Shown here: positions 35,080 to 41,443 of the stretch, one piece after another
Layout: each line of letters opens with the position of its first letter
How positions within the stretch are numbered: the first letter of the stretch is position 1
Source of the DNA: Nemertoderma westbladi
Taxonomy: Eukaryota > Animalia > Xenacoelomorpha
Reading direction: 5' to 3'
NCBI GenBank assembly: GCA_032718475.1
Contig: JAUCBJ010008674.1
Location: 1 to 41,443, forward strand
DNA: 41,443 bases
Notes under the pieces: generated by a model
Database searches by the model: none
What the model saw: only the letters and a program-made list of their open reading frames with translations
What the model was told of the DNA's origin: nothing
Position numbers and translations under genes: made by a program

Positions 35080-35849
35080 TTAAAAGTAATATGTTATATT
35101 TATTTTTAATATAACACAAAATACAACTGGAAGCGATTCACAAATATACAAACAGCACATATTTCTAGCAAAAATAATTAAAGATCACATATTATTTAAT
35201 TTACTTAACCAACAAAGAAATCAATAAACTCATGTTATTGGTAACATGTTAAACTCATAAAGTAATATATTAAATATTTTAAGCGTGGAGGCAACCCAAT
35301 TTGTAAGAAATATAAAACTTACCTTATGCCGATAGTATTGATACTGAGATATTAATTTATTAGGTGAAATCCTCAACGAAATTATTTAGCTAATTATTCT
35401 AATCAAATGAATCATGATCTATGTACTCGGCCAATCATTTTGTAAGCTAAACACAATAACCAAGCTGGCTTATTAGTCTGGCTCATTACAATGCTGCCTT
35501 TGAGTAGAGGTGAGGTGTGTGGTTGGACTGGTTCCCCTTCCAAGCTAGGCTAGGCATGCCAAGGAAGGAGGGAGCTATAGCTGGAGACGGGGCATTTTAA
35601 TAAGTTAATTACGTTTAGATCAAATTAAAAACACATTTCTTAAGGCAAATCTCACGAACTAATTAAATACTATAATGTAATGGGGTATGGGGAATACAGC
35701 TGTATAAATGTCAAGTATAATTATTTAAATCTTATATTTGAAAATAATTAATATCCTTTAATTAATATCCTATAGATTTCATTGATATTTGACGAAGTTA
35801 TTAAAATTTACAATTGAACATGACAGAACGACAGAACATTGATATGGTA

Positions 35850-35975
35850 ACACGTTCGTGGGGCCATCGCGCTGGACGAGGCTCAGTTATTAGATACAGA
35901 TTAAAATTGAGCAATTCTATCCCAAAATCAGTACTTAAAGAAATTTAAATAAATAATTAAGAAAATTTAACCAAA
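35850..35975. repeat. Dispersed repeat, copy 2
   Basis: Similar to 31272-31370. Confidence 0.7.
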
Positions 35976-36761
35976 CTTTCACTTAAAAAAAACTTTCGCA
36001 TTGGCAGCTTGGCATCAATGTCATAGAAGTCCACAGTCAAACTACTCAAAAAATTCAATGCATTATTCAGTCCTTGGGTCTCGCTCACTGGTTAGTCCAG
36101 TTTGCTCGTAGCACTAGGCAGTAGCGAAATTAAAAGTCGAGGTCGCCAATGACACTATGACAGACAGAGGTGGTGGCCTTGATGGCGAGTTGTTTGAGTA
36201 CCGGTACAATTCCAAAACGTTGCTGGGTATTGCAGTATTGGGCTGTTGGGGTACCTGGCGCAGTAGTGGATACCGGAACATGGAATAGAGGTCAGCTGGT
36301 ACAACCTGACAATATTTCAGTCAGGCTTAAGTTTGCATAATTTCAAAACTTCCATGGCTGCATGGTTGCCTTTGCCGAGCCAATTGGTTGGTGACACCAA
36401 CAACCTGAAGATGGTACCGGTAACTCTGTACCAGTACCACTGTAACAGTACTGGTACCGTACTGTAAAACATATGTTTAATAAGATTAAGGTACCGTACT
36501 GGTACATGATATGGCTGAATAGTCGCGAATAACTGAATACTCTGAACTCTGCAATCTGGAAATGCTGGAATGTCTGAAGAAAGTGAAATAGGTGTTCCAC
36601 ACTTCCCAAGCAGCCAAGGCCACATTATTGCTGCATTGTACAGGTATTGATGAATTTCAAACCCTCCTGATATATCCTGCAGTCTCCTAGCAAACAGCTG
36701 ATGCCAAGCCTAATAATTTTTGGGTAAATAAATGTAATATAACTGCAAGACAGTTACACAG

Positions 36762-37483
36762 ATGCTGCACGAAGACCCCACGCAAATTCAACTTGGAAAC
36801 TTTCTAAACTTTTGCCAGACTACATATGTACCAACTTTGGATATATTTTATCAAGATTTGGCTGAGTTATTAACGTTTAAAATTGAACACAACAGATCAA
36901 CAGAGCTAATGGTACACTCAACCAACAAACACCTCACCGACGCTTCCCTACTGTGCATCACCGATTACTGCATGCAACTCCTAGAACTTACTTTCGTCAA
37001 CAGTAAATTACTTACCAGCATCGGTCTCTGCATAATGCCTCTTAAGGTCCCCCATCTGGCATACAGACCTACGGGGCTGCCACAACATATAGGACAGGGG
37101 TCTCATACATCTACGGGTCTATGGAAACTCAAAGTACTTATGTTCGCAGCCTTTAGGATCTATAGGAAAGGAACTCTTTGTTCGTTGTTTAGTGGTGAAG
37201 GACTGTGGCAGCTGGAGGTTCTAGAGATAGCCGGGGGTTACCTAAGGTAACCAACCAGGTGATGCAGGCTATCAGTGATAGTTGCGGTGCTACACTGTGG
37301 GATTTACATCTCAGTAGTCTAAAGTTCTTTTCCAATAAAGGCGTGGTTATATTGACGAACTCGTGTAAGCAGCTAGAGTCACTGTTTCTCTGCCAGTGGG
37401 ATTATATAAAACAAGGGGCCAATCTATTGAAACTTCCTGATTTGTTGCCAAAACTTAAGAAGTTGACACTAAGACATATATGA
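36762..37483 (+). pseudogene. Cysteine-containing LRR (F-box/LRR-like) gene remnant with a frameshift near 37245
   Basis: LRR-CC-type repeats LTDASLLCITDYCMQLLELTF, VTNQVMQAISDSCGATLWDLHL and FSNKGVVILTNSCKQLESLFL split over two frames. No F-box recognised. Confidence 0.65.
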
Positions 37484-37605
37484 TCGTTGGAGAACCATAG
37501 GGACTCATTAGTTACTAAGTGCGAGGCGCAGAGACCTTCACAAATTCTTAAATCATAACGTTTGTATATAATATTAATTGTTTCGCTTATAATTTTATAA
37601 TGTAT

Positions 37606-37644
37606 TCCTTACCGTGCCTTGCATAACGCAAGGCACGGTAAGGA
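37606..37644. repeat. Perfect 17-bp-arm hairpin, TCCTTACCGTGCCTTGC-ATAAC-GCAAGGCACGGTAAGGA
   Basis: Directly visible. Confidence 0.92.
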
Positions 37645-40059
37645 TTATGGTAACTAAGTAGTTAAGACAAAACAGTAGTTAGTCATATGTATTATATATT
37701 ACGTATGATATAGTTTCTTTATGAATTCTGGTACTTAATACGACAATATACAATGGGATTTATTTAAAAAAATGCATAGTTTGTAAGGGGCAAATTAGAA
37801 CATGAACGTAAAATCTTTCAGGATTTAATGGTATACATTACGCTGTAGGTACAGAGATGTACATTTAACTTCCCCTACTCAAACTCTAAGGGTAACGGTG
37901 TGTAATGAAGCAGGATTGATTTGCAGGCATCAGTGCCATTAGCTAACAGTAATATTGAGCAAACACTACGAAGTCGTGGTGTGTATTAGAGTTAAAAATC
38001 CTTTGGGGATTCCCTAACTACTCAACAATAATGCCGTCATGTTACCGAGTTGATTGCACCAAGCGTAACACCATCGACTTCAAATTAACCCAACATCCAC
38101 TTTGTGGAGGCACTGGGGCTCCTACCACTAACCACGGCAGGCTTTCGTTTCAAAGTTTCTCACAATATATTGTACGTCACACATTAAGCATAGCATAATC
38201 GACTTTACAAATCGATATAGCATATAACCTATGTTGACACTGACAGACAAGACAAATTGTTCTGAATATGCAATGTAAGTTCATAATTAATAAAGTGGAG
38301 GTGAGCTTCTATCCTTTGTATCCCATGGCTATTTCATGAGATCAATGTTATTGAATATTAATCTACAACTATTTGGATTTACTACTGTATGCCTGTTGTT
38401 GTTCTGCTAAAATATGATGAAACTACTTTTCGATTTTTGATTCCTCCGAATAAATGGGTTTTTCTTGGCAGCTGTATAGAATGAATGTACTTGATACTTC
38501 TATAAAAGAATGAAAATATAATTTCATTTTTGCTGTACTAAATTTGGTATATAGCATATAAATGTTTCCAAGTATATATAAACCTTTAAATATATATCGA
38601 AATATATCTATACCAAATTGTATAGGATTTGATCCCTGATGATCCGCTTACAACCATAGCCCAGCATTTTCCCATTTCGAATAAATGGAAGCAACCAACT
38701 AACTTTAATCGCCTTTCAATACCACGATTACAAGCCAGGGCTTCCTCATCCACCACACAGTCACCACATCTCAACTCCAACTGCTATCTTTTTTTCCCCT
38801 CTTGAACTGGAATTTTCCTCCTCTAAAACCGGAATGTAACCCTTCCATGCCATCGCGTAGCTTTTTGGTCGTGTTATTCGTCAGCAGAAGGTCTTCCGTC
38901 ACCGTAAACTTGAAAACTTCAAGTATTTATATCAATTTTAGATCAACGTATAAGAATATCGGAAAATATGCAAATAATCATCTTCAGAACTGACTGATTA
39001 TTTCATATTTTAATAGACTTATTTTTTGTTTTTTTTTGGTTTGTTTTGGGTTATTTGTTGTTAAATTATCTTACAAAACTTATCGTACCCGTAAAAATTA
39101 CAAATTGCCACACTCTATCCTTGTCAGTTTTCATGAAAATTAACGACATTGAAATACAAAATTTTCTTAAGAGTATTTCTTTTTTTAAACCAAGTATTAT
39201 TCGTAAAGGTATATTATTATCAACATTATTGATGCAGATAGTAATGGGATTACTTTCAAAGGTATTGTCCTATTCATGGGTTACCGAAATTTACTGCAGC
39301 AAACTATTTAAGATAAGATAAGATGATATAAGCTTTTATTCTCATATAAACATGGAGCAATACAAATACATCATGGCAGTAAAATGCATATAGAGTACAT
39401 ATAACTGGTAGTTGATGAGAACAAGCAGCGTGGCAGATTCCCAATCTTTAGAAAATAATGGCTACATTAGACTAACTGCATGTTTATACAATATATTTAT
39501 TGTACCAATAAATACAAATTATAAAATCCAAAATCTATAGCATTTAGTTCAAACGGGATATTCTAGTACGAACTGTATACCATTTAGCACAACTCGTAAA
39601 GGCTGTTTTTGCATCTTCTTGGCTGTGATAGAAGTGTAGAGTGGTGGCAAAAATTGAGGACTTTTCGTAATTGAATATTTCGTATCGCGAAGGTGTTTAC
39701 TGAATGATTACATCATCGCCTCGCCACACCACTAGGATGCTTCTTCAGGAATATGTGCGGAATTGAACCGGTCGGCCTTTGAATTAATACATTAACAAAT
39801 TATATTCGATAATTATATTCGAAAATTTTATTCGCAGTATGTCGATAAAATTGTAAGAGTAGACCAATGGCGATGTAGAGTCGCAGTATATGTATAATGA
39901 GCTGACGCTGAATCTCACTTGTTAGACCTCTTACACATGATGGGCCACTGTAAAATTTGTAAACTGTTTCAAAACAGATTAAAACCTGAATATTTATGAG
40001 ATACATGCGTTTTGGACAACCAAAATGGACAATTTATTGGAAACTCCCAGTCCTCAAAC

Positions 40060-40255
40060 ATGGACCCACTTTCAACGAACCCCAACCAGCAGCGTAATAG
40101 TGGTCCCCATGGATCTCGACTTACCAGTACTAGTGCTGTACAGAGAAATACTTCTGGATCCACGGGAATTGATCTTCAGGCGAGTACTGGTAATCGTAAT
40201 CGTAGTGGCAGCCAGTCCGGTACAATTGCTTCAAATTCCGCATCACAGATCGGTC
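40060..40255 (+). other. Possible exon encoding an S/N/Q/G-rich low-complexity peptide
   Basis: GC-richer open stretch (MDPLSTNPNQQRNSG..) in an AT-rich context. No recognisable domain. Confidence 0.25.
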
Positions 40256-40499
40256 AAAGCTTATCTACTTATTTTGTTTCTACCTATTTACCACCCAGTT
40301 GCTTGTGGCTTTGATATTCTTTGATATTTATTGTTAATTCTTAACGGCAATAAACTGATAATAATAAATAGAGGCAGATCAATGGAAACTCATATTAACG
40401 TGCGTCATCCAGGAAGGATAAGATTGCATGCTGATCCACTCCCTGAGTGGCTGATTGTAGATTGAGGTCGAATGTTTCCACCTCAACTACTGGACAATA

Positions 40500-40900
40500 A
40501 TAGAGGGTGAATAGCACACAATCAGAACCACATTAGGAAACTTCTTAGCCAGTCTTTCAGAACATGACAAGAGCCCTTAGGATGATGCACTTGGTGATTT
40601 GGTCTATTTCTTTGAATCTGCATCTGCAATTATTGGATTCATCAATAGACCAATTCAACCATTTCCACTGACATCTGCTGAAGGGTGAGCATTGAACAAG
40701 GCAACCACACCTGCTCATGTCCTTCACCAAACGTCAGAACCTTGCCAATCTGCCCAGTCTGCATTCAGAGCTCTTTAATTCCCAAAGTTTATCTGCCAGT
40801 GCTATTAGGTTTAGTATCGTGACCTGTCTCATATACACCAATAGCTGGGTTGGTCAGTATGGAAAGAGAGAGTAGCCTCAAACTCAAGAAACCCTCACCT
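40500..40900 (-). mobile_element. Degenerate copy of the RTE-like APE region at about 4000-4450
   Basis: Shared TAGCACACAATCAGAACCAC.TTAGGAAACTTCTTAGCCAGTCTT.CAGAACAT and GAGAGTAGCCTC blocks. Confidence 0.8.
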
Positions 40901-41443
40901 ATCACCCCCCCCCCCCCCCCCCCCCCTCTCTCCTTGTGGTTATCCAGGTGACAGGCAGCCATCGGAAGATAATTGGAACCTGTGATGCCATTTGTGCCGT
41001 GTTTTTCCACTGAAAAAGAGTAACTGAACATTAACTTTACATATAATACAGAGTGGGGGTTGAGCGTGTTCAGCTATCTGTTCAGCTCAAATAACATAAC
41101 CTCGCTTTCTATTTCCTGACCAGCCATTATTGGTAGACTATCATCTGCTTGTAGACGATTTGTAGACCACTGTCTATATACCACTGAGTATGGGTCCTTA
41201 TTCCAGGACCCAGGGGGTCCTAATTACAAGACCAAGTGATGCCCTTTGTAAGAGAGCCTATGTATGTCGCCACATGTGCGACCACATTTATGTATGCTGC
41301 TTGGAGGTAATATCCCAGAGGGTGATGGAGGCCGTGGAATTTCTCGCTACCTAAATGCAAGCCATATTTGCATTGCATTGTTGACCAGCTACTTACTTAT
41401 GAGATAAACAAACAAAATGTTCCAGAATATGGTGTATTTATAA

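Noticed and set aside
38586-38990. Coding-looking minus-strand stretch with VVDE
   Set aside because: No further piggyBac or other family motifs, so it cannot be assigned.

Overview
AT-rich, repeat-dominated eukaryotic DNA, probably from an invertebrate animal, with no clearly intact host gene. The centrepiece is a young 11.5-kb BEL/Pao-type LTR retroelement (16302-27823) with 1257-bp TG..CA LTRs differing at about 4 sites and a GAGCC target-site duplication (TSD), nested in an older CR1/L2-like LINE. It is unusual in four ways. (1) It has no tRNA-type TGG primer-binding site; the 11 nt abutting the 5' LTR are exactly complementary to an 11-mer inside the LTR, the signature of Tf1-style self-priming. 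(2) Its 1376-aa ORF keeps Gag and protease but has lost RT, most of RNase H and integrase while staying in frame. (3) It has a 1.6-kb heavily base-paired inter-ORF region with two duplicated, covarying stem-loop/pseudoknot modules and an IRES-like domain. (4) It carries a downstream accessory ORF with three zinc-knuckle-like motifs. Elsewhere: a CRE-clade (RLE endonuclease) non-LTR element inserted into a 30/36-bp satellite, several RTE-type LINE copies, tRNA-derived SINEs (one in a composite insertion that captured a local 189-bp segment), small tandem and inverted repeats, and a frameshifted Cys-type LRR gene remnant. All calls come from reading the sequence by eye; no searches or folding were run.
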